Part shown: positions 52,401 through 63,975 of the stretch, piece after piece
Layout: the number at the start of each line of letters is the position of its first letter
How positions within the stretch are numbered: position 1 is the first letter of the stretch
Assembly (NCBI GenBank): GCA_051362555.1
Contig: CM120641.1
Coordinates: 26,542,401 to 26,606,400, forward strand
Direction of reading: 5' to 3'
Length of the DNA stretch: 64,000 bases
DNA from: Lingula anatina
Lineage: Eukaryota > Animalia > Brachiopoda
The notes under the pieces: model-generated
Told to the model about the DNA's origin: nothing
Seen by the model: only the letters and a program-made list of their open reading frames with translations
Databases searched by the model: none
Translations under genes and position numbers: made by a program

Positions 52401-55400
52401 CTTTTGCACTGGAGAACAAGGATGAAGACTTGGAGAGTCTTACTGACCAAGTCAGAGACTTAACAGAAAAGAACCAGCAACTCCAGCAGACACAGGAACA
52501 ATCTGCAAAGGAAATTGATTCATTGAAACAGACCAGCAAGGATTTTGAGCAAGAGTTGTTGCGTTTCAAAAGGGAAAAGGAACTTGCAGATGAAGATATA
52601 AAGTCCTTACAAGAAACCAGTAGGGTGAATGAAGAAAAGTTTGAATCTCTCATGAAAGAAATGCAAGAGAGGCTGTCTCATGCTGAGAAAGAAAAACAGC
52701 AGTTGAAGACAAAACAAGATGAGACTGCCTTCATGTTAGAAAACAGTAAAGAAGATTTTGAGTCTGTGAGCCAACAGTTGCAAGAGGCAATGACTAAACA
52801 GGATCACTTGTCACAGAGTTTGGAGGCAAACAAGGCTGCCATGGAGAGGGCAAACCTTCAGCTGGAGGACTTAAAACAAGAAAAGGAGAAGCTTGCCACA
52901 GAGTACAGCAATTTGCAGAACAGTTTTGATCTCTTGAAAACCCAGCTGCAGGAAAGTGAGAACAAGGCTGGTGCTCTTGAAGCCGAGTTGAAAGCTAAGA
53001 TTGCCAGCTTTACTGAAGAGAAAGGTGCTCTCCAATCTAAAATAGACGAGGCTGCCTTCCAGCTGGAAAATAACTCTGAAGACCTGGAATCCTACAGTGA
53101 ACAACTCAAAGATCTGTCAGAGAAAAACGACAAGTTGCAAAATAATTGTGAAAGCCTCAGGACCCATGTGTCCGAACTTCAGGATAAAATTAATGGGCTA
53201 AATGAGGAAAAAGAAGCAGCACTGAAACAGGCAGAAGCAAGCACTGAATCAGAAGCAGTGATGAACCAGCAACTGGCACAGTTGAAGCATGATAAACAAA
53301 TTCTAGAGCAGTACAACCAAGATATGAAAGACCAGCTTGACAAGTCTCAGTCACAGAACGAGAATTTGAAGTCACAGTTGAATGACAGCCAGGCAAATTT
53401 GATGTCTGCGACAGAAGAAAAAGAATCATTGCAAGAACAATTGACACGGCAGACAAATGATCTTAATGCAGTACACATGAAGGCTGAAAAGCTTCAGTCT
53501 TTATTGAATGAACGTGATAATCAGCTCTGTGACATGGAAGTTGTAGTGAAGGAGCTTGAATCAAAAGTAACTGACCTCACAACACAAATAGATAACTCAG
53601 CAGAGGTAATGTCAAGCAGCCAGAAATCCTACCTTGAAACTCTACAAGAAAAGGACAAATTGATTCAAACAGCCCAGGAAAGAATTGAAAATATGCTGCA
53701 GGAGTTGGACAGTAAAGAACTAGAAATGGAAGAAGGGAAGAGAACCCATGAGGAAAGGGAGAAAGAATTACAGGACTCGTTGAATCAGGCACAGGCCAGA
53801 CTTCAGGAGCTTGAGGGTCAGAAGGCAGTAATCCAATTACACTTGGAGCAGACTCGTCAGACTCTGGTAGAATTACAGCAGCAAACAAACACCTTGGAGG
53901 ATGCTGTGGCTGCTTGGGAATCTAGGTATAATACCCTACTCGAAGAGCAGTCAAATGCTGCCAGTGCCCAAGAAGAAGTTGTCCTCAAGTTCAGCAAGGA
54001 AATTGCAGGACTGAATGATGCTGTAACAGATCTCAATCAGACAGTGCAGTCGCTGAGTGAAAAGAACTCAGACCAAGAAAAGCAGTTGGTTGATGCCCAG
54101 GAAGCCTTGGTCAAAATGGAAAAAGATATGACAGATAAGACGGCCCTCCATGCTGCTGAAATTAAGAATATGGAGCAAAATAATAATGAGCTGGAAGAAA
54201 AGCTGTCACAGGAGAGGGAACAAGCAGACCAGTTGCAGACTCATTTGCAGCAATTACAGACAGAGATGGAAAGTGAGATGTCACAGTTGAGAGTCAAGCT
54301 AGAGCTAGAAACCCAGAAGACCAAAGACATGGAAACCAGATATCAGGAAAGTGAAGAAATTGCTGAAAACAAACTTTCAGGTGTCAGGAGTGAACACGAG
54401 TTTGCACAGGGTGTTTTACGAGATGAAATTCAGCAGTTGCAAAAACAGAATGAAGAAATGCAGGCAAAGTTACATCATTTACAAGACCTGAGCAACCAGA
54501 CTGACATACAGAGGTCGGAGGAACTGGCTAGAATGCAAAATGAGCTCTCCCAGCTTCAGAACATAAATGAAGAGAAAACGTCATCCTTGCTGACACTTGA
54601 GCAGAAATTATCTGAGGCAAGCGAGAAGGTTAGACTAACTGAAGAAAGTATGGCATCGCTTCAGCAAAGTTATGAGGAATTGCAGCAAGATGTAAATTTG
54701 AATGACAATGATTACAGAGAAAAGGTTCAGATACTGCAAGCGAGCATTGAAGAAAAGGAAGCAGAAATTGAAAGTGCAGCTAAAAACTTCGAAATTCAGA
54801 GGAAAAATTTTATGCAAGATCAAGAAAAGCTTGAAATTGAGAAATCTAGACTGGAAGGTTTAGTCCAGGAACATGTGACTGAAATTGAAAGTCTTAAGCA
54901 AAGGCTAAGTCAAAGTGAACAGCACACTGATAACGAAGTCTCCCTTGCCATGTCCCAACTACAGGCTGAGAAACGGTCTGTGCTAGACCTGACCACTAAA
55001 CTAGAAACGGAGGCACAGCTTCACAAAAATGCCATAGCTGAGTTGAAGTCTGAGCACGAATTTTACCACACAACATCACAGGAACAGATAGCAAAACTTC
55101 AGAATGAAAGGGATGAGCTGAATGCCAAGCTTTCTGGACTCCTCGACATGGCTAACCAGAAATCAGCCGACCAGTCGACCACTGAGGCCAAAATGCAGGC
55201 AGAGGTGGATGGTTTGACCAATCAGTGTCAAGCCAAAGAAGATCAAATATCACAACTGGAGAAGCAGCTGGAGGAAAGACAGTTGAAGTTGGACAGTGCC
55301 ACAAAACGCATAGAACAACTACAGGAGCAGCAGAGGGATTCACTTGACAGCATGCACAAGGCAGAAAAGGAGTTTACAGATGTCAGGCAAGACTTAGAAG

Positions 55401-58400
55401 TCCAGATTAAAAAGCTGAAGTCAGAAGTTGCAAGTCTGAATGAAAAACTGAAAGAAACAACTACCAGCAGGGACAGTTTTGAAATGGAAAGTAAATCGCT
55501 TCAGGATCAAGTAGAGGAATTGCACATCCAGTTGAAAAATAGCCACCAAGATGTTGGCAGTAATCAGCAAGAGATTTCACAAATGGAGTCCACCTTGGAT
55601 CAATTAAAGGTAGAGAAAGAACAGTTAATGGATAAGATAAGTTGCCTGAATGGGGAGATATCCAACTTGAAGAGTGATAATGCTGAACTTGCAGTAAAAC
55701 TGAACACTAGCAGTGCTGAGGTCGAAACAGCTTTGAGTACGAATACATCTTTACAGGAGAGAGTGGCCCAGCTCGAGGTCGATCTTCATGGTGCTTCTGA
55801 CAAAGCCCAGACTTTGCAGCGAGAAAAGAGAGACCTAGAGGAGCAGCTGCATTCTGTCCATTGTCAAGGCCAGGTGGATACAGATGCTGAAAAGGCCAAG
55901 AATGATGAATTAGTTCAACAGCTAGCCAAACTGGAAACTACAAAGGAAGCTTTAGAAAATAAGACGACAGATTTGATGTCAGAGATATCTGTGCTGAAGG
56001 GGACTGTAGCAGAACTGGAGCATCAACTCAACTGTGGACATGATGAATTGGCAGCCACGCAGTCTCATTCTGAAGAGCTGTTTGAAAAGTATGAGGCTCT
56101 TCAGATGCAGTTAAGTGAGGCACAAGAAAGAATTAAGAGTGCAGAATTAGAAAAGACTGATTTAGAAAGCCAGTTAAGCAGCCTCAGGTATGAATCTGAA
56201 CAATCTTTGGATGTGATGGCTAGAGAGAAGGCTGTATTGCAAGAAGAGATCCAGAAAATTGCTCAAGAGAAAGAGGAAATCTCGGAACAAGTCGCCAAAA
56301 TGACAGTGGAAATTGATAAATTGAGGACAGCAGAAGCAAGCACACAGCAAGAGCTGAAAACTCAGCTAGCAGAAGAAGCTTCTGCACAGAGAGACACCAT
56401 TTTAGAACTTGAAGCAGATAAAGCAGAGTTGAAAGAGAAACTGAAAACTTTGGAGTCTGAAATTTCAACACTTCAGAAACAGCTAACTAGTTCGAGCACA
56501 GAGATTGCAGAGCTGAAAGAAGACAAAGAATTGTTATTTGACCAGTATCAGAATGAAGCCAGTGCCTTAGAAGAAGCACAAGCAGAAAAACAAGAACTAA
56601 TTGAGAAACTCAGGATTGCAGAAATGCAAAAAAATTCTGTTGAAAAGCAAATTGAAGAAATGAGTGCAAAATTTGGCACTAGTTTTGAGGAGAAGGAAGC
56701 ACTTGTGGTCCAAATCAATTCTTTGAAAACGGAAAAGAATACACTGGAGAGTGAACTAGAAAATTTCAAAACTGAACTGAAGGGTTTCCGTTCTGGATGT
56801 GAAGAATTGCAGAAGCAAATCAAAGCATTGGAATCAGGGAAGAAAAATCAGGCTGCTAAAGTATCAGAGCTACAGAAATTGTTAGAATCCAAACAACAGG
56901 AGCTTCAAGAGGCTTTAGACCAAGCCAAGAACCAGCACACCATCACTGACGATCTCTACCAGCAATTAGAAAAGTTATCATCTGAAAGAGACAACCTGGA
57001 GAGGGACATTCAGAAGTTACAAGAAAATACAGACTCAAATGAAATGCTTATATCTGCCCTGCAGTCAGAAAAGCTGAACCTTGAGCATGAAATGAAAGAA
57101 AAAGATTCAGAAATTAAAACCTTGACTGTCCAGATTTCCACCTTACAGGAGGAAGTCCAAAGACTTGAGAAGCAAACAGAAAACCTTAGTGAGCAAACTG
57201 ATGGCAGAACTGCAAAACTCGAGACCGAAAAGCTGGAACTGAATGAACAGCTGGATGCTGTGATCATGAAGCAAACTGAAATGGAGGAAAAATACGAGGT
57301 ACTCCAAGAGGAATCTAAATCCATTGAGCTGCAGCGCCAGGAATTGAAGCAGAAAGTGGAAGAATTGGAGGAAGAGGTCAACACCCTACAGATAGAGAAG
57401 TCTACCCTTGAAGATCAGATCCGGGATTATAAGACCGAGCATTCCAAACTCGCCCAGAGCAGGGAAACGCTGCAGGCTCGGGTTAAAACTCAGGAAAATG
57501 AAAAGCATGTACTTCTGAACCAGTTCCTTGGTTTAGAAAATGCCAAAGCAAGTCTAGAAGAGAAGAATGCAAGACTGGAGGAAGAGTTGGATCAAGTTAA
57601 TCTGCACATGAAACAGGTGAAAGAGAAGATGGAGAGTGTCCAAAGAGATCACGATGCGTTTCAGAGTCAGAACATTGGGCTTGAAGAGACACGGTCAGAT
57701 CTGGAGTCTCAGTTGGGCGCCCTGCTCACTGAGAAGCAGAACCTGGAAGATGAAGTGCTTCAGCTGAAAGAAGACCTCCAGACGTCGGAGTGCAAGCACA
57801 AGGAGAAAGTGGATGGCCTGAACAGTGAGCTGAGTGAAAAGGTATCCCAACTGGATGAAGCCCACAGTCAGGTTGAAAATTACAAGGTAGGTATTTATAT
57901 TATGTAGCAGCTCGTTTTTTAACACAGCTTTGGTAATTTGTGTTATTTTTTTCAGCATTGAAATTTGGTAAAAATTAGTAATATGTAATTAGTATATAAT
58001 AAAAAAGGCAAATATTCCCCACTAGAGATTAAGACTGTTCACGTTCACTAAGAAAAAAAGATTTTAAAAATCCTCTTAACAATCTGTATTATTATTGATT
58101 CATTTTGGTTAAAACTATGATGAGGCTGAAACACATTTAATGCATGAACTGGACCAGTGGTGGCCAACCATATACACAAATTTACATAAAAAAGAGAACT
58201 TAAAATGTAAACAGCGGCAACTTAAAATGTAATACATCTTACTAAAGAACACTGTAAGAAGTACAAGTTACCACTTGCTTATTTGTGATCATTGATTTAT
58301 CAGTTTTATAACAACTTCCATTTGTATTTGCCTTAGTTGCTGTTGGAGACCCTTGAGGCAGAGAAGAATGATGTTGTAAAAGACAAAAAGCTTGCTGAGT

Positions 58401-60411
58401 GTGAACTGGAGAGGATACAATGCCAGTACAACAGAGAAACCAAAGAACTTGAAGAAAAAATTCAGTCACTAGAGAGTGAACATGAAAAGCAGCTAGGCGT
58501 ACTCGAAACCAAGGTAAATAGAATAGAATGTGATATGAACATGTATCTGTTCTTTTATTTTTGTAAGTTACTGTTTGGTGATAGAAAAGAGAGTTTTGGC
58601 ATAGAGTACAACCTCTGCAGTGGTGAGGCAAACTGGCAGAAGAGGAGACAAGTCTTTAAAGTTGCATTGTGTTAAGTTACAGGAACACTTTGATAGTATA
58701 AGGAGACCGATATGAACAAGAGTTCCACAATCAGTCTGGAAAGTACGTCATTGTAATCTCCACAGAGGCTTTCTCTGGGACATGATATTCAAGTTATTGT
58801 AATACGTTGCTTGAGATCGTTGTGTAATGTTAACTTTTTTTGAAGACATCTTACAACTGACTGCATAATTTGAACAGTTTTAGTAAAAAACTTTTTGAAA
58901 TAGGATAAAAATTAAGATATAATGACATAAGAAATAAATAAGTTGTCTTGTTTGTATATAAGGTTTCAGATCTTCAGAAGGCATTGGCTGTAATCAGGGA
59001 GGAGAGAGATGGTTTCCAAGGCAAGGTCCAACTTCTTATGCAGAATCTTAAAGCCAAGGAAAAGGAAAAAGAGGCGCTTGAAAAATATCTGCAGAATATT
59101 GAAGACGGTGAAAGCAATAATGTTAGAAAGGTAACTTTGCTAGCAAGAAAAGGAAATTAATTTGTATATTTGACATTCATAGTTTGTTAAGTCCTCTTTT
59201 GAACAGAAGATAACTTCAACCTTATCATGTAAGAAAAAAAGATAAGCACCCACCGTTTTGAATGCTGCACATCAAATTCTTTCTCGAACTACAACAACGA
59301 TATTACCTATCAAACATCACGTTTATTAGAATGTTAATGCATTATTATGTTTTACCTCTTTCATAAGGACTCCAGTGTTAAAAGTAGTGAAGAATATGAG
59401 GCTGAGATAAGTAGTCTGCAACAGAGACTGAAGGATGTTTGTGAAACTGAAGACAAATACATCAACCTCATCAAAGAGTTCAAGCAGTGCAAAAGTGAGA
59501 AAGAGTCTCTGCAGTCCAAAGTTAGACTTATAGGTAAAATGTTTGACTTTATAACAGCAACTTTATAACATTTTATCCTGACATTTTAGGTTAAAGTTTT
59601 TTTTAAAAACTTGTAATATATTTGTAGGAAGCTTTAACCGAATGTTTTAATATAATTACATCATCAGGATAATTTTGGAAGAATTAGATGGAATTATTTT
59701 GTGGATCAAATATCATTTGTTATTTTGTTGCCTTTTGTATTTCAGCTCTTAAACATAAAAAAGATATAGAGAAGTTGAAAGCCTCTGCTGGTGAAGCTAA
59801 ATCCACTGTTACAGAAACAGTGCCTGCTGGGGACCAAAATGATAAAGTTGACATTACACCAGCAACCGTTATAGCACCAAGCAAACCTACGCCTGAATCA
59901 GTAAATGACACTTCCAAAGTTCCCCCAGTAACAGTAACATCTCCTGAAACTGTCGGTAGAAGAACAAGACTATCACTAAAAAGAAAAAGCCAAACAAGTT
60001 TAGACAATGTTCTAGATACCAGTACAGGGGGAAATAAACGTCCTGCTGAGGATGTCTTGGCTAATAGAGACAAACGTGCTAAGTGTAATGACAAAGTGAC
60101 TGTTGATGCAGATGGGGAAGCATCAGAAGCACCAGTTGAAGGACTCCCGGAGGTTGTTCAGAAAGGTAAAAATCTGCGTGTCATCAGAGTCGGTTAAGTT
60201 TTAAGTCAGTTTAAAAGGTCTTTCCAAAGAAACTGTAGGTTAATTAGGTCCATATGTTCTCACGTTGGATAAAACACTCAAAGTTTTAAGTCCACTTTCA
60301 ATTTTTGCAAAGACCTGGTCACTCCAGCAACTTGATACAAGCCTGTCAGCTTAAGACCTAACTATTAAGAACACATTTAACATGATATTGCAATTCAAAA
60401 TTGTGTTGCTT

Positions 60412-60454
<43 letters not shown>

Positions 60455-61291
60455 TTTTTCAGGCTTTGCAAACATTCCAGAGGCCTCTGAGAGTCCCTTT
60501 GTCTTGCGTCGCACAACGCTGGCAACCACTTGTAAATCCTCGGATGCCCTTTCTGATAGTGCTCCAGACTCCATTTTACCTAGCAGACCCCACACAAGAA
60601 GTCATTCTTCGCAGAACAGCCAGTCTTCTCAGGGCAGTGATAGTGTTAAAGTGTCTCATGAAGATACCAATCTTGCTGCTGGAAACACAGCCACTACTAG
60701 TACAACAAATACTACCAGGAGCATTCCAGTATTGTCCAAAACCAGGTCACTGCAATCACAGCAAAGCAAAAGTAAACTGAGACAGCCATCTGGCATTCCA
60801 AAGGTAATGCATATTCAAAATATAACAAAGAAAGAGAGTCTATAATATCCCAGCATGTATTTCATTATGGCTGCTTTTGTTCAGCTTTGGTAACTGTTTC
60901 TGAGAAAAACAAACAAAAAATATCAAGTTTTTTGAACTGATAACAATTCAACAGTAAGGTTGCATCAACAAATAAGGTTTTTAAGGCACTCAATAGATAA
61001 AATACCTTGTCAGTTTAATACTGGAATTTAAACTTTGAATGTTTGCATTCATTTCAGATGGACTCCAAGCCCCTGGCCACCATTACGAACAGCCCCAAGA
61101 AACCAGCTCTCAGTGAGGAAGCCAGTAAGCGCAGCAGGTTAATTGGGGCCCCTCAGAGGTGCTTGAGCCTCAAAAAGTCTCCTGAGGAAAAAACTAAAAG
61201 GAGGACTAGAGCTCAGAATGCTGTCAGAAGAGGAAAGGAGACAGAAACAGCAGCAGGCAGCTCAGAGGCAGAGAACTGCAAACTTCAGTAG
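46456..61291 (+). CDS. CENPF: Centromere protein F-like giant coiled-coil protein, ~3658 aa
   Basis: Phase-consistent exons 46456-46593, 46766-46978, 47375-47615, 47716-47834, 48071-48269, 48464-48666, 48800-48874, 49089-49247, 49462-49644, 49946-57886, 58337-58513, 58963-59130, 59368-59533, 59746-60165, 60463-60803, 61058-61291. N-terminus MSWAANEWK...KKERQQRQFQLDSLE, GLPEVVQKGFANIP...PFVLRRT and terminal CaaX ENCKLQ match recalled human CENP-F (MSWALEEWK; GLPEVVKKGFADIP; ENCKVQ). Confidence 0.92.
49946..57886 (+). CDS. CENPF: 7941-nt coiled-coil exon of the CENPF-like gene
   Basis: Uninterrupted E/K/Q/L-rich ORF of 2647 codons between ttcag acceptor and GTAGGT donor. Confidence 0.93.
60410..60457. 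repeat. (TTTA)n tetranucleotide repeat next to a splice acceptor
   Basis: tttatttattta run ending just before the AG at 60461-60462. Confidence 0.9.
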
Positions 61292-62306
61292 ATGGTCTTT
61301 TTTTTATTTCAGTACACGTGACTGAGACATTCATTTTACATCATTGTAAATACCATATGTTTGTACAGTTAATCAAACATTTGCCTTTGATTCTTGGAGA
61401 CAACCCTCGTTTCCGTCGCAAAGATTTTAGAATAAGTGATAAGTGCTCTTTAGAATATGCACTCTTCGTATAGTGAAGTATTGTTGACATTGGTATCTCA
61501 AATTCTCATGTACCTTGTTTTTCTTGTTTTCGTTGTACCATTAGAACTCTTTTTTATGTATGTGTACTAGATGTTTATTACAAAAATAGCAGCAGATTAT
61601 GAATGATTGTGAAATGATATGAAATACAAGTATTGTATGTTCTATTTAATTTTTGAGATGTGGTGTATTGTGCATGTGTACCACACAGACACTGCAGTAA
61701 TACAATGTAATTTCCAACCCGTTTTATTAAATTCTTTTCAAACTAATGTTTTTGTTTTTAAAGAAAATTGCATTGATTTTGAAATTTGAATCAGAAATCT
61801 CCACTGAAATTCATAACTTGATCTGGAAATTGATTCTATTGATTTGCAACAGGAGGGAGAAGTGTATAAAGTACTTAAATTATTTATTGAACGTTCATTT
61901 TATTTTTTCTATTGTAAACGAGGCATTAGTTAGATCTTGGCAAAAAAAAAAAAAAAAAACAAATACAAATTGGGTAATTTTGGATGTACTGAAAATTTAT
62001 TTGCATCTACCACCTTACACCTGGAATTACAATCCCCATTTTCTTTTAATCTGCTTAAACTTGCAACAAAAATTAAGTTCATATTCTGATATAATTACCT
62101 CTCAAAAATGGTGTATGTATATCTTAACTTCTTAAACCATGTTTAATTTGTTGTGTTAGTTCACAACATTTAAATAAAATGACTAAATGGGCACTTCTTA
62201 CAGGTGGAATGTTTAGTATAACCATGGCAAATTTCTTTATTTTCAAAGTTCAATATAATAGAGACTAAAAATGTTGATGCACAAGGTCTGAAGCTCAGAA
62301 CAAGTT

Positions 62307-62861
62307 TTAATCCAAGTTTTCTTTAAAAGACTTTTTCAATGCTTGGCGAGCTTGGTTTTTTAACTTCCTACTTTCATTTTTAATTTCCTGTTTTCTCTGA
62401 GTTTTCATAACTATACCATCTTCGCCATTCACATGAACATCAAGTTTAATCTGAAGCATTTCTCTTGCTTTCTTTTGGTTTTCTGCAAGAGATCTACTTT
62501 CATGGCATTTTGCTGTCAGCCCAGTCGGTGTGTGTTTTACAATTACAGCATTCATAGTTTTATTAACTGACTGACCACCAGGACCAGTACCATATCCAAT
62601 CTGTTCTTCAATTTCACTCTCATCTAATGGAGGAAATGCATTCTTGGGGTACTTAACACTGGTAGATTTCCCCCTTACGCTCTGAATTGTTATTGGCAAT
62701 GGCTTATAAGAATTTTGTAGTCTAAATTCATTTTGATAAACAACTGTCTCAGTTGAAAACATTCTATTGCATGAAGTTCTCCATAAGTGGGTTAATATAC
62801 AATTGTCTCCAGCACACAAATACAAATATGACAAGGAAATACCATTTCGCATGAAATACAT
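62307..62861 (-). CDS. MTRFR: Mitochondrial translation release factor in rescue (C12orf65/mtRF-R)-like, 184 aa, intronless
   Basis: LDESEIEEQ..GTGPGGQSVNKTMNAVIVKHTPTGLTAKCHESRSLAENQKKAREMLQIKLD: class-I release-factor GGQ domain with a basic C-terminal tail, C12orf65-type; AATAAA on minus strand at 62241-62236. Confidence 0.9.
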   Translation of the reverse strand: MYFMRNGISLSYLYLCAGDNCILTHLWRTSCNRMFSTETVVYQNEFRLQNSYKPLPITIQSVRGKSTSVKYPKNAFPPLDESEIEEQIGYGTGPGGQSVNKTMNAVIVKHTPTGLTAKCHESRSLAENQKKAREMLQIKLDVHVNGEDGIVMKTQRKQEIKNESRKLKNQARQALKKSFKENLD

Positions 62862-62881
62862 CCTGGCAAATGTTCACTAAT

Positions 62882-63638
62882 TCAAGTGTTACTGTCAACT
62901 GCTTTTTTATTTTTGTAACTTTCCAAAGCTTTTTCCAACAAGTCTGGCTTGGCACTGTGTTTCATAAGATATTCCCCATTAAAATGAAACACGGGAATAT
63001 CATACTGGTACTTCCTTTTCCATTGTTCATTTCCTGGTTCGTCTATGTAAACTTCTTCAAAATTAACCTGTAAAAAGTCAAAAGAGAGTAATAATATTTG
63101 GCACTTTTTGATAAAGCGTTGTAGGATACTTTAATATAATTTAACTGAAAGGTTTAATCTTTCTTGTATAGATAAAAACAAAACTATAAAATGTGTCAAT
63201 TTTTGAATTGTCTATATAATGATACTCCTGCCCTTTGACAAATTGACATTTTTCATATATACCATAATATAACAATGTCGTAATAAATATAAAACATACA
63301 AAAAGAGAGTATGAGCATAATTACCTGCACTACAAGTTATAAACTTCACATCCTTTGATATTCAAATTTCAGAATAATTATAAATGCAGCATTATATGTA
63401 GTAGCCCCCCCCCCCTCCCCACATGACCTACCAATCCCATATAATCCTCCAGTTCATCCTTTGCTACAGTACAGAGCGAACATTGTTCGTTTGATTTCGT
63501 GAACAGGGTTAGGGTCGGTTTATCCTGCAGTCGAGCACAGGTAAAGAGTGCCCTGCTGTGTTGGAATCGCTCAAAAAGTAACTCTTGCCTGCGTATTGGC
63601 AAATAAAGCAGACGGAAATAAGGAACAATTCTAAACAT
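62882..63638 (-). CDS. C5orf63: Glutaredoxin-like protein, C5orf63/YDR286C family, 130 aa
   Basis: Exons 63638-63432 and 63067-62882 (phase-0 GT-AG intron): basic N-terminal leader, PTLTLFTKSNEQCSLCTVAKDEL (CxxC) | VNFEEVYIDEPGNEQWKRKYQYDIPVFHFNGEYLMKH...LLEKAL*, matching recalled C5orf63 (LTLFTK..CPLC..; YKFDIPVFHLNGQFLM). Exon 2 is missed by the ORF track. Confidence 0.88.
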
Positions 63639-63773
63639 TGGTTGTTTAATTGCAACTTAGAGTAAGAGAATCACTTGAATAAAGAATCACTTGTTCAAAT
63701 TCCCGACTTCAACTTTGCCTTCTCGAGGAAATGAAGGCAAGAATAAGACCTATTCTAAGTCAAGGTCATCAAG
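63639..63773. promoter_or_regulatory. Compact bidirectional promoter / 5' UTRs of C5orf63-like and SCCPDH
   Basis: Only 135 bp between divergent start codons; direct repeat agaatcacttg twice; TCAAGGTCA at 63760-63768. Confidence 0.6.
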
Positions 63774-63975
63774 ATGGAGGGTGTGCGCGGAGCTCGAGAA
63801 TACTCTGCACGGGAATATGATTTTATAGTGTTTGGAGCGAGCGGCTTCACGGGACAGTTTGTTGTTTCTCAACTTGCAAAGCTGAGAGATGAAGAGCCAA
63901 CGCTGAAGTGGGCCGTAGGTGGACGTAGCATGTCAAAACTTGTCAATACTTTAAAGGAAGCTGGAAGCCGGGCAG
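63774..63975 (+). CDS. SCCPDH: Saccharopine dehydrogenase-like oxidoreductase, first coding exon (gene continues beyond the window)
   Basis: MEGVRGAREYSAREYDFIVFGASGFTGQFVVSQLAKLRDEEPTLKWAVGGRSMSKL...: Rossmann GASGFTG and WAVxGRS motifs as in SCCPDH; donor GT at 63976. Not in the ORF track. Confidence 0.85.

Noticed and set aside
49995-57958. Many minus-strand ORFs opposite the CENPF giant exon
   Set aside because: Ser/Phe/Leu-rich antisense shadows of an E/K/Q-rich coding strand; no motifs.
62764-63638. C5orf63-MTRFR as a single fusion protein
   Set aside because: The ORFs are in different frames with a stop at 62882; splicing exon 1 to the AG at 62863 is also out of frame.
63830-63920. 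tRNA-like GC-rich stretch
   Set aside because: No cloverleaf or T-loop consensus; it is SCCPDH coding sequence (GASGFTG).
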